Positions 8,820 through 17,189 of a DNA stretch of 51,943 nt are shown here, in pieces. Source of the DNA: an uncultured Nitrososphaerales archaeon (GTDB lineage: Archaea; Thermoproteota; Nitrososphaeria; Conexivisphaerales; DTJL01). The notes below the pieces were generated by a model. It did not search any database. It saw only the letters and a list, made by a program, of their open reading frames with translations, and was not told the DNA's origin. The position numbers and the translations under genes are program-made. Every line of letters starts with the position of its first letter. The stretch's first letter is position 1. The DNA is taken from positions 1-51,943 of the forward strand of contig CAYYVT010000102.1 of the NCBI GenBank assembly GCA_964475215.1. Direction: 5' to 3'.

Positions 8820-8830
8820 TTTTTTCTTTT
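8820..8830 (+). terminator. Oligo-T tract downstream of the DUF5679-like gene
   Basis: TTTTTTCTTTT begins 24 nt after the stop. Oligo-T is the usual archaeal termination signal. Confidence 0.4.
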
Positions 8831-10016
8831 ATCGGACTAGGTCCACCAATGCGCGGAGCCTCGCGTAGCTTCCTCCCAGCACGAGCAGGGAATCGAGAAG
8901 GCCCCTAGCCCCCAGCATCTTGGCCAAGTCGGTGGCATGGTAGTCGAAGCTGCCGTCCTTCAAGGAGTCGGCGACCTTCTCCCGTATCATGATCTTGAAA
9001 AGGGCGTCCAGCTCCTCGTTGTCGAGGTCGGCATAGATCCTCCTCACGGCCAGCTGGACGGAGAAGTCCTTCAGGAACTGGTCCTTCCACTCACGCTCAT
9101 AGCCCTGCAACAGGGCTGAGTCACCCTTCTGGAGGGCACTTGCTACCGCTGTTCCGGCCATGAGCCCGCCGACCCCTCCGCTGAAGATTCCGCCAGCTGT
9201 CGTAGGCTTGGTCTGCCCAGCGGCATCACCCACCAAGATCCTCCTGCCGATGACGAAGCGCTCAAGGGGGCCTCCGACGACGATGCTCGCATAGGTCTTC
9301 TTGAGCGTCTGGCCGCCGCGCCTGGCGATGTATCCCTCGAGCCAGGGCTGGAGGTTCGGCCCACGGCCGCCGACGCCGACTCTGGCCGTTGAGCCATCGA
9401 GCGGAATGAGCCAAGCGAAGTATTCCTTGCTGACGTTCTTGTCCACGAGGACCTCCACCCTGCCTCGCCGCAGGTCAGGAAGCACGCATTCGTATTGAAC
9501 CGCCTGGAGGAGGCCGCCGGGGTTGAAGCCCTTGTAGATGGAGACTCCCCTTGCGTCGATGAAGAACTTTGCCGCGTAGTGGCCCGAAGACGTGACAACA
9601 TCCACCGAGTCCCCCCTGTCATCGAACCCGATCACCCGCTGGCCCAGCTCATAACGCGCTCCGGCCGTCGCAGCCTCCCTCGCGACGGCCTTGTCCAGCT
9701 CTCTCCTACGCAGCGCGACCACCCCGACCTCCCTCGCGTCGAGCTCCAGCACTTCGCCTCCCGGTGATGTGAAGATCGCCGAGCTCATGTTGTCAGCTAT
9801 TATCCTGCCGGAAGGAGGTATGCCCATCTGCTTCAGGCTGTTCAGGGACACGAGTCCGCCGCATTTCTCTGGCGTGCCGATTTCGAGGTCGTCTTCGAAG
9901 ACGATCACGTCGCAGCCCGCCTCCGCTAGCCTGCGGGCGGCCGAGCTGCCAGAGATGCTGGCCCCTGCCACCACCACGTCGCAGGACATGGGCGCGTCCC
10001 TTCCCTCCGACCTCAC
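8829..10016 (-). CDS. Geranylgeranyl reductase family FAD-dependent oxidoreductase (digeranylgeranylglycerophospholipid reductase-like)
   Basis: 395 aa. FAD Rossmann motif DVVVAGASISGSSAARRLAEAG, followed by PEKCGGLVS and VGDAAGQTKPTTAGGI, as in archaeal GGR. Confidence 0.85.
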   Translation of the reverse strand: MRSEGRDAPMSCDVVVAGASISGSSAARRLAEAGCDVIVFEDDLEIGTPEKCGGLVSLNSLKQMGIPPSGRIIADNMSSAIFTSPGGEVLELDAREVGVVALRRRELDKAVAREAATAGARYELGQRVIGFDDRGDSVDVVTSSGHYAAKFFIDARGVSIYKGFNPGGLLQAVQYECVLPDLRRGRVEVLVDKNVSKEYFAWLIPLDGSTARVGVGGRGPNLQPWLEGYIARRGGQTLKKTYASIVVGGPLERFVIGRRILVGDAAGQTKPTTAGGIFSGGVGGLMAGTAVASALQKGDSALLQGYEREWKDQFLKDFSVQLAVRRIYADLDNEELDALFKIMIREKVADSLKDGSFDYHATDLAKMLGARGLLDSLLVLGGSYARLRALVDLVR

Positions 10017-10034
10017 CTGCCTATGGGGGTTTCT

Positions 10035-11429
10035 TTAACGTGGCGCCAGACGGACCGCGGCCGAGGCTTCGCGAAGCGTCTTGATTCCCTCCTTCGCGAG
10101 CTCCTGAGCTTTCTTCGCGGACTTGGCCTCGGCATAGCACCTGAAGAAGGGCTCCGTCCCGCTGGGGCGAAGGAGCAGCCATGACCTATCGGGGTAGACC
10201 AGCTTGACGCCGTCCAGAGTCACGACCTGGACCCGAGGGTCAACCGGGAGCCCGAGAATGTGAGCAGATATGGGTTCCTTGCTCGACTCCGTGCACCTGA
10301 AAGCCCTCTTGATCATGTGGTACCTCGGGAGGGATGAGGCAAGCTCGCGTAGGGTCTTACCCTTCCGCTCCATCAGGTCTAGCATCTTGAAGGTGGAGAG
10401 GGCCACATCGCCGTAGAGCAGCGCGTCTGGCCAGATGTATTTCCCGGTTTCTTCGAACCCGAAGACGGCGCCGGGGTGGGACCTTAGGGCGTCGATGATG
10501 GCCGGCGGCCCGACCCGGGTGGTCACAAGCCGCCCTCGGCCGCGGCAGATGTCCCTTACGAGCCGTGACGAATTAACGGGGGCCACGATCGTCCCCCCGT
10601 TCACCCGTTCAAGGCAGTCCAGGGCGAAGAGGGAGCCAGTCACGTCCCCCCAGGCGACCTTCCCCCTTTCGTCGACGAAGATGGCCCTATCGCCGTCCCC
10701 GTCGGTGGCGACCCCAAGATCGGCTGATGCCTCCCTGACCTCACGTTTCAGCTTCCCCAGGACCTCCCTCCTCGGGTACGGCGACCTCGACGGAAACCTG
10801 CCATCGGCCACGTCGTTGACTGCGACCACATGACAGCCGAGCCTCTCGAAGAGAGGGGTGAGGATCCCCGACGCAGCCCCATTTCCTGGGTCGATCACGA
10901 CTCGGCGGCCCTCGACGCCGGTCCGGCCAACAGCTTTGGCTACGCCCTCGTAGTAGGCCCCGAGGGCATCTGCAGGGCGAGCGCGCCCCAACCTGTTCCA
11001 GGGATTGGGTGAGAGGGAACCTCGAAAGTAGAGCGCCTCCAGCTTCTCCTCCGTCCGGACGCTGATCTCCCCGCCATCGCTCTGGAAGAACAGCAGGCCG
11101 ATAACAGGCGCGAGGGTGTGGCTTCCGGTCACGAGGACGGCCCCATCTAGCTTCTGCCGCTTGAGCAGGTGGAGCACGGCCGGCGTCGGGGCGATCCCGC
11201 AGTCGACGACGTCTACGCCGCCAGCGTTCAACCCCGAAACGACAGCGCCCTGCACAACATGCGCGTGGAGGCGAACGTCCATCCCCACTGCCACCTTACC
11301 CTGGCGTCCGATGTAATGCGCAAAGCAGAGGCCCATCTTTGCGGCGAAGTCAGGGGTCATGGTGCGATTGACAAAGCCCCTGATCCCAGAGGTGCCGAAA
11401 AGCCGCAGAGGAGCTCGTTTCGTCGTCAT
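10035..11429 (-). CDS. Alpha-D-phosphohexomutase superfamily protein (phosphoglucosamine/phosphomanno/phosphoglucomutase-like)
   Basis: 464 aa. Metal loop GVATDGDGDRAIFVDE, sugar loop FGFEETGK and phosphate loop LLRPSGTEP. The phosphoserine loop is atypical (VTGSHTLAP); see findings. Confidence 0.8.
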   Translation of the reverse strand: MTTKRAPLRLFGTSGIRGFVNRTMTPDFAAKMGLCFAHYIGRQGKVAVGMDVRLHAHVVQGAVVSGLNAGGVDVVDCGIAPTPAVLHLLKRQKLDGAVLVTGSHTLAPVIGLLFFQSDGGEISVRTEEKLEALYFRGSLSPNPWNRLGRARPADALGAYYEGVAKAVGRTGVEGRRVVIDPGNGAASGILTPLFERLGCHVVAVNDVADGRFPSRSPYPRREVLGKLKREVREASADLGVATDGDGDRAIFVDERGKVAWGDVTGSLFALDCLERVNGGTIVAPVNSSRLVRDICRGRGRLVTTRVGPPAIIDALRSHPGAVFGFEETGKYIWPDALLYGDVALSTFKMLDLMERKGKTLRELASSLPRYHMIKRAFRCTESSKEPISAHILGLPVDPRVQVVTLDGVKLVYPDRSWLLLRPSGTEPFFRCYAEAKSAKKAQELAKEGIKTLREASAAVRLAPR

Positions 11430-11531
11430 TGTCGTCGATTCGTCTGTTGGGACATTGGCTTAATAACGGTACCTCATGCTGCGCCGCCAGCGCCCCTACG
11501 ATAACCGACGGCGCTGAACGGACTCCTACGA

Positions 11532-12731
11532 TTGGCCCGGATTAAATACTCCGCGGCCCGGAGCGGTGACCAGGACGCGGGAAACATGGACTGGAAAAAC
11601 GTCATCGATGGAATCGCAAGGGCAACGCTGGCCGTCTTCATTCTGGAGGTGCTGGCTCACCTCGCGCTGGCGTTCAGTGTCGCCATCGCGGGCCTGATCT
11701 ACCTCGACTACCTCTTCGCCGTGCTGGTCTTGCTGACCATAGTCGGTTACGGGGTGTACTACGGTAGGACCTATGGCGCTCCGACCCTGATAGTGGCGAC
11801 GGTGATCCTGGGCGTGGCCGGTTTGGGCCTAACCTTCATCGCCGTCATAGGCTTTCCGGCCTTCACTTCTGCCGTGCGGACCCAGCTGTTCTGGCTGGGC
11901 GTGCTGATGATTGCCCTGACGATACCTCTTGGAGGCTACATCTCGCAGTGGGGGCGAAGGAGGTGGCATGACTACGCCACTGAATTCCACTTCGGCCACC
12001 ACAGCTACGACCTAGCCAAGGACTTTGGCGGATGCGCCGACGGCAAGGGGAGCCTGACGGAACCCACCTTCTCGGAGCCCGTGGTGAGCGCGGGAGGCGG
12101 ATCATGCGCAGGAGCGGGAGTCAGGGTCGTGTGGGAGAAGGACTCCCTGGTCTTCCGGGACGGAGACAACGCGGTGGCCGTGGCGGGAAGAGGGAACATC
12201 GAAACGACCCAGGGCTTCGAGGTCCTCGACGGGCTCTGCGTAGTGGCTTCGACGTGTAGGGTGGACTTGAACGAGCCATCGACCAGGGTCGCCAACGATG
12301 CGGACGCCTCGTTTCACGACTTCAAGACGCTGGACGAGTTGAAGGGGAACGTAGCTGCGGCGTCTTCGCACATCTCCTCGGAGGCAGAGGCCTTTCTGAA
12401 GGAGGCAATGTCAAAGTTCAACCCGGAAGAGAAGGTGGAGTCGGTGTCGGTAGGCGGATTTGTCAACGTCGAGGAATCCTCCGAGAGGAAGGTCGTTCGG
12501 GTGCCAGGGGTGTACGTGTATGAAGGGCCGGAGGGAAAGGTCGTCAGGGTGGGAGGCAGAGTGGTGAAGAACGAGATAAGGGCCGACGGGGCCACGACGG
12601 GGTTTGGCGGCCTGTACAGGGAAGGGGAGAGACCGGTCACGGTGACGAAGAACCTGTCTGAAGGCCTCAGCTTTGTAGTCATGGGTCCCCACTGGGTCGC
12701 CTGGAAGAAGGACGAGAGGGTGTCGGCGTGA
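11532..12731 (+). CDS. Hypothetical membrane protein (N-terminal about 4 TM segments plus about 230 aa soluble C-terminal region)
   Basis: 399 aa from a TTG; an ATG alternative at 11587 gives MDWKNVIDG. Hydrophobic helices fill the first 150 aa. The C-terminal region has no motif I recognise. Stop overlaps the next ORF's start. Confidence 0.5.
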   Translation: MARIKYSAARSGDQDAGNMDWKNVIDGIARATLAVFILEVLAHLALAFSVAIAGLIYLDYLFAVLVLLTIVGYGVYYGRTYGAPTLIVATVILGVAGLGLTFIAVIGFPAFTSAVRTQLFWLGVLMIALTIPLGGYISQWGRRRWHDYATEFHFGHHSYDLAKDFGGCADGKGSLTEPTFSEPVVSAGGGSCAGAGVRVVWEKDSLVFRDGDNAVAVAGRGNIETTQGFEVLDGLCVVASTCRVDLNEPSTRVANDADASFHDFKTLDELKGNVAAASSHISSEAEAFLKEAMSKFNPEEKVESVSVGGFVNVEESSERKVVRVPGVYVYEGPEGKVVRVGGRVVKNEIRADGATTGFGGLYREGERPVTVTKNLSEGLSFVVMGPHWVAWKKDERVSA

Positions 12732-13054
12732 CGTACAGGTCGACATTTCGAAACATAGGGAGGGCGGGCTACCTCCTCCTGTTGGCCTACATCGTGGCGC
12801 TCCCGCTCGGGCTTGTCGACACCGCGGTAGCCTGGGTCCTCTACCTGTCCCTGCTCTTGATCCTGGTGTCCGCCTTCAGTTCCGGGCGAGTCACTTCGAT
12901 ATTCAAGGGCCTCCTGGGAAGGATTGGGGGACTGGCCTTCCTGTTCTGGCTGCTGCTCGTAATCTTCAAGTTGACGGTCGTGCCGCTTTCTTCGGCCCAG
13001 CTATTCTGGACGTTCGTCGCAGCCCTTGTAATAAGGGCGGTCGTAGAGATATAG
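12728..13054 (+). CDS. Hypothetical small membrane protein (3 predicted TM segments)
   Basis: 108 aa, almost entirely hydrophobic helices. There is a 4-nt overlap with the upstream gene. Confidence 0.45.
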   Translation: MTYRSTFRNIGRAGYLLLLAYIVALPLGLVDTAVAWVLYLSLLLILVSAFSSGRVTSIFKGLLGRIGGLAFLFWLLLVIFKLTVVPLSSAQLFWTFVAALVIRAVVEI

Positions 13055-13079
13055 GCGGGAGCGCTGAGGTGAAGGGCTG

Positions 13080-13550
13080 ATGAGCCAGAAGCTGGCCCAG
13101 CGTATACTGAACAGGGTCCTCCCTATCCAGCTTACCAGCTTCTGGTCTCTTGAGCGCCTCGAAAGGAACGAAGAGTTCGCGCTCCTTCTCAAGAACCCCA
13201 TGCGCCGGAAGATAGTCCTGCACTACCTCCGCAACCAGAACGCCTGGAGCAGCATCTCCTCGCTTGCCGCCAGCATAGGCGAAAGCAAGGCCACGGTTCA
13301 GGACCATCTTGAGGCTATGAAGTCGACCATGATGGTGGAGCGGTGGTTCATGAACAGAAGGCTCTTCCGCCTTAAGCCGGAGATCTACCCTGAGCTTGAG
13401 CCAAATCCCTTCGTCATAGCTGGCGTCCTCGTGGCCGTCGTCCTGGCCGTGGCATATGCCTTCAGGCCATCTGAGGTGATAGCCGGGATGCTGGCAGGCG
13501 TATCGCTGATGCTGACCCTTTACATCCTAATGGAGACGCGGCAGCTGTAG
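13080..13550 (+). CDS. Membrane-anchored winged-helix (ArsR-like) putative transcription regulator
   Basis: 156 aa. A wHTH-like segment (PMRRKIVLHYLRNQNAWSSISSLAASIGESKATVQDHLEAM) is followed by two C-terminal hydrophobic helices. Confidence 0.55.
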   Translation: MSQKLAQRILNRVLPIQLTSFWSLERLERNEEFALLLKNPMRRKIVLHYLRNQNAWSSISSLAASIGESKATVQDHLEAMKSTMMVERWFMNRRLFRLKPEIYPELEPNPFVIAGVLVAVVLAVAYAFRPSEVIAGMLAGVSLMLTLYILMETRQL

Positions 13551-13554
13551 AGGC

Positions 13555-14106
13555 CTACGGAAGAAGCACGCATGCGGCCACCACAGAGGTCCAGAGGCCG
13601 TTCTTATCTCCTTCTGCCGACTGTACCACGTTGGTGGTCCGGAAGATCTTCCCCGAAATCTTCCACTCCTGCTTGAGCTCGTCCCAGCTCTTGTCGGGGT
13701 CAAAGGGAAGGCCCATGGTGGATGCGAGCATGTAGATGGCAAGGTCCTCCGAGTAGTCGGCCGCCTTGGAGTCGGTCATGCCGAAGCCGTGCACCTCGGA
13801 CAGGTAGCCGTACATGTTCTTGTCCCTCGGAAGGGCCAGGCCGACGGCTGCGGAGATGAGCCGGTTTGGCTCGTTCGTCTCGTTTCTGCTCAACACCACG
13901 AACACCACCTGGCCGGGGCTGATCAGCTTGAGGCCTTCCTTCTTGCTGATGACCTGGGCCCGAGGCGGGAAGATGCTCGAAACCGGCACCAAGTTGCAGT
14001 GCGCGATACCCGCGTCCCTGAGCGCAAGCTCAAAGCTATTGAGTTTTTCTTTGTGGCGCCCGACGCCGTTCACGAGAAAGACCCTCTTCGGAATGAAGGA
14101 GGACAA
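13555..14106 (-). CDS. pdaD: Pyruvoyl-dependent arginine decarboxylase
   Basis: 183 aa with TTG start. IPKRVFLVNGVGRHKEKLNSFELALRDAGIAHCNLVPVSSIFPP contains the PdaD self-cleavage SS site and family signature. A TATA-like ACTTAAATAC (minus, 14137-14146) lies upstream. Confidence 0.9.
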   Translation of the reverse strand: MSSFIPKRVFLVNGVGRHKEKLNSFELALRDAGIAHCNLVPVSSIFPPRAQVISKKEGLKLISPGQVVFVVLSRNETNEPNRLISAAVGLALPRDKNMYGYLSEVHGFGMTDSKAADYSEDLAIYMLASTMGLPFDPDKSWDELKQEWKISGKIFRTTNVVQSAEGDKNGLWTSVVAACVLLP

Positions 14107-14275
14107 TTGCGCTAAGACCGGGGTAATATGACAGCCGTATTTAAGTTACAACATCTGGGGCTCGACTTTAGACAAATGAGCACCCGGCATCGTGGCCGCA
14201 GCAAGGGGAAAGAGGGAGCCTGATCGAACAAAGGATAAATCGGGCAGGCTCTCAACTCGGCATGACTGAACGACG

Positions 14276-14464
14276 ATGATTGCATTTTGGTCTGTCTTTG
14301 CGATCGCGGCCTTCAGCCTTGGGGTCACATTTCTCGTGGTGTACCTGATTTACCTGCTGTTCAGGAACATGGTCCGACGAACAATCCGGGAGGAGTTGGA
14401 TAGGCCTCGAAAGGATCCGCACCGCTTGGCAGAAGATACGAAGGAGAAGGGTCCGCCAGCGTAG
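14276..14464 (+). CDS. Hypothetical single-pass small membrane protein
   Basis: 62 aa with one clear TM helix followed by a charged tail. GGATAAAT (14233-14240) lies 36-43 nt upstream of the ATG. The stop codon is embedded in an 8-bp hairpin. Confidence 0.35.
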   Translation: MIAFWSVFAIAAFSLGVTFLVVYLIYLLFRNMVRRTIREELDRPRKDPHRLAEDTKEKGPPA

Positions 14465-14485
14465 GGAAGAAGTCGGACCCTACGC
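14459..14485 (+). terminator. Stem-loop spanning the stop codon of the small membrane ORF
   Basis: GCGTAGGG-11 nt-CCCTACGC forms a perfect 8-bp stem. No oligo-T follows, so a terminator role is uncertain. Confidence 0.3.
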
Positions 14486-14709
14486 CAGGACCAGGGAAGC
14501 AGCATCCAATCAGGCATGTTGAGCATCCCATCGCCCGACCCTCGCAAGTCAAGATACTGGTTGGATCCGTCGGAGATCATCTAGGTGAAAGCTCCGGGGT
14601 CCTAAGATGGAGAACCTCCTCCCTCTGGAAACATTATTTCATTCGCCGCCTAAGAAATGCTTTAGAATGTGGAGAGGAGGCTCGCATCTACCGGGGGCCG
14701 GAGGAGCAT

Positions 14710-15372
14710 TTGAAAAGGGGCGGAATTGACGCCGCGCTCTTCGACTGGAGTGGGACTCTGGTCGACGACTTGGATGTCGTCTGGAGGACGAACGACGCTA
14801 CACTGATGTCGTTCGGCGTCGCGCATCAGGACGTCGATGCGTTCCGGAAGGGGTTCATCCTGCCATGGCAGGCCTTCTACGGGCTCTTTGGTCTCGGGAC
14901 GCCGGAGAAGCTAGAAGAGGTGGATTCCCGGTTTTGGCAGATCTATCGTACTCTGTCGCAGGAGATCAAGCCCTTTCCGGATGCCCTGTCAATCCTGACG
15001 CAGCTGAAGGATTCAGGGTTGAAGATAGCCGTAGTGACCCAGACAAAGAGGGGGCCCCTTATGGAACAGGTCCGCCGGTTCGGCTGGGCAGACCTCATCG
15101 ACGTCGCCGTGGCGGAGGAGGACGTCGATGAACTCAAACCTTCTCCCAAGCCTGTGTTGGAGGCCCTGCGCAAGCTGGGGGTGAGTTCAGGAAGAGCTGT
15201 ATTCACCGGAGACATGACCGAGGACGCCCTGGCCGGAAACAGGGCAGGAGTCAAGGTCATCTCGATCGTTCGAAGGGGCAGCTACCACACAGAGGAGATG
15301 GTGAAGCTGGGCGACCCGTTCGCCGTGGCCTACAGCCTTCCCGAAGTCGCCAGGCTCATTTTGAGCCTGTGA
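14710..15372 (+). CDS. HAD-superfamily hydrolase (phosphoglycolate phosphatase-like)
   Basis: 220 aa with TTG start. Motif I is ALFDWSGTLVDD, motif II VVTQT, and motif III/IV K...FTGDMTEDALAG. Confidence 0.8.
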   Translation: MKRGGIDAALFDWSGTLVDDLDVVWRTNDATLMSFGVAHQDVDAFRKGFILPWQAFYGLFGLGTPEKLEEVDSRFWQIYRTLSQEIKPFPDALSILTQLKDSGLKIAVVTQTKRGPLMEQVRRFGWADLIDVAVAEEDVDELKPSPKPVLEALRKLGVSSGRAVFTGDMTEDALAGNRAGVKVISIVRRGSYHTEEMVKLGDPFAVAYSLPEVARLILSL

Positions 15373-15457
15373 ACCAACCCGAAGCCCTGCTTGGAAGGTA
15401 CTCCGAACGGGAGCAGACCAGTCGGAGCGCACTTGCTGGGCCACTTCACGAATTTAC

Positions 15458-16435
15458 CTATTCGAAGGACGAAACCACTCCGCCGCCGATCACCCTGGAT
15501 CCGCCAGGCCGTATGTTCAGGTCTACAAGGACCGCTCGCTGTCCCGCCCAAACTGGAATGTCCTTCTGAAAGCTGACGGTGATCCTGCCATCGGGCTGAG
15601 GGGTGACGTGGCCGAGGCTCAGGCCGGAAATGGTCTGAAGATGGAGATCGACGGGCTTGCGGATGCCCTGCCGGAAGTAGGGGGAGGCCCTGAAATCCAG
15701 TGAGAGCTGGTGCGAGACCTTGATTCCTTCGCTCCCGACACCGACCCCCTTCTGGAAGTCCTCCACGGTTGCCCCCTTCAGACACAGGCCAACCCTAGAG
15801 CCTTGGGAAGCGTATTCCACGTCGACGTCCATGATCTGGATGCTCCTAACCTCTGCCTCCTTTCCCTGAGGAAGGATCTTCACAAGGTCATGCGAGCGGA
15901 CCGATCCGGATACTACGAAACCCAGGACGATGAGGCCGACTCCCTTTACGTTGAAGGCGCTGTCGATCGCGACATACGTCTCATGACCTGCGCCCTTGCT
16001 CTTCGACAGGCCCTCTCCGTTTGAGGAGAAGAGGGAAGCATCATCTGACGAGCAGACAGGAAAGGAGGAGAGCGTGAGGCCTCTGAAGACCTTTTCTGCA
16101 GTGGACCGACCAGCGTCTATGCCGCCCGACGTTACGATCCTGCCACTGGATATCTCGAGAAAGTCCAGCAGTAGTGCAAGCTCTCCATCCATCCAGCTCA
16201 GCTGGCCGTCTTTCGGCAGGAAGTAGTAGGCCGAATCCGAAATCGATGCGATCCTGAGGACATCTTGAATCCTGCCGGGGTAGGCTGCCTCATCGAGGAG
16301 GATGAAACCGCTATCTCCGGTCGCATTGTAGTACATGAAGAGGCCCACCTCTTCGCTCGGTTGGCCGAGACGCGAAGCAACTCCTCTTCTGAGAGCGCCG
16401 TCAGAGCCTAGCATGCTTGATAGAGTGACTGCCAA
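15458..16435 (-). CDS. EF-Tu/SelB/aIF2-gamma-like protein with degenerate G domain (translation-factor domain II/III retained)
   Basis: 325 aa. The central segment VAIDSAFNVKGVGLIVLGFVVSGSVRSHDLVKILPQGKEAEVRSIQIMDVDVEYASQGSRVGLCLKG is a classic EF-Tu domain II beta-barrel pattern. The N-terminal about 150 aa has no GxxxxGK(S/T) and no NKxD. Start is uncertain (TTG 16435 or ATG 16414). Confidence 0.6.
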   Translation of the reverse strand: MAVTLSSMLGSDGALRRGVASRLGQPSEEVGLFMYYNATGDSGFILLDEAAYPGRIQDVLRIASISDSAYYFLPKDGQLSWMDGELALLLDFLEISSGRIVTSGGIDAGRSTAEKVFRGLTLSSFPVCSSDDASLFSSNGEGLSKSKGAGHETYVAIDSAFNVKGVGLIVLGFVVSGSVRSHDLVKILPQGKEAEVRSIQIMDVDVEYASQGSRVGLCLKGATVEDFQKGVGVGSEGIKVSHQLSLDFRASPYFRQGIRKPVDLHLQTISGLSLGHVTPQPDGRITVSFQKDIPVWAGQRAVLVDLNIRPGGSRVIGGGVVSSFE

Positions 16436-16547
16436 GGTCCCCGTTTCGCTTTAGTCAATGCGCCGCTGGGCCGAGCTAATAATCCTTTTCGATATGGCGG
16501 AGCGTGGGCTTGAAATGGGTGACTCGATGCGCTGGAGTGACTCTAAA

Positions 16548-16637
16548 TGCCGCGGGCAGGATTTGGGCCTGCGACACATCGGTGACTGATTCCGACCAAC
16601 TTCAGCCGATTGCTCTCCCAGGCTGAGCTACCGCGGC
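16548..16637 (-). tRNA. tRNA-Phe (GAA) with a 16-nt intron at the canonical 37/38 position
   Basis: Minus strand: GCCGCGG TA GCTC AGCCTGGGA GAGC A ATCGG CTGAAG[TTGGTCGGAATCAGTC]A CCGAT GTGTC GCAGG CCCAAAT CCTGC CCGCGGC A. All four stems are fully paired. Loop CTGA pairs with intron TCAG, as expected for a bulge-helix-bulge-type splice site. No encoded CCA. Confidence 0.85.
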
Positions 16638-16661
16638 GCAGATTTGAAGAGCGCTTCCGGG

Positions 16662-16670
16662 CAATATATC
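16662..16670 (-). promoter_or_regulatory. TATA-like box for tRNA-Phe
   Basis: The minus strand reads GATATATTG, 25-33 nt upstream of the tRNA 5' end at 16637. Confidence 0.5.
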
Positions 16671-17189
16671 TCCTTTTCTCCTACGGCCTAGGGCATCGTG
16701 TTCCGAAGATGCAAAACCTGACGTCGTGCCGCAATAAGGGATGTCGTTGTTTACAGACGATGAACCTATCGCGGTTCAAGGTTGGGATTCCATCGGGCTA
16801 GGAGGTGCTAGGCGAGTTTCCGGGCGCGTGACTGGCGGATTGACCTCCAAGCTCCTTATGGCAGGTCTATCTGGTGCGGTATGAGATATCAACAATGGCC
16901 TCGTGGCGACGGCCATTTCTCGCGTTCCAACCGCGGGATCCCTACACATTGGAATCTCTCCATCGTGGTATGTTGGAGTCCCACCGATAGGCTAGGTCTC
17001 GATGTACCCACTGCATCTGACAGCCGAGGCGCTGATCCTCGCATGCTCAACGGTATTTGTCTCAGCGGTTGCCCCTTCCAAGAAAGTCAACCGAAGCTCT
17101 TCGCTCCGCGGGGATGGGCGCTCCGGACTTGCTCGAGCGACCCGAGACAAAGCAAGGAATTAATCCATCCTTCGTGCTCTCTGTTGCCT

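Noticed and set aside
16881-17189. 103-aa N-terminal extension of the hemerythrin-like ORF
   Set aside because: Its composition does not look like protein. The hemerythrin-like domain is complete from the ATG at 17190.
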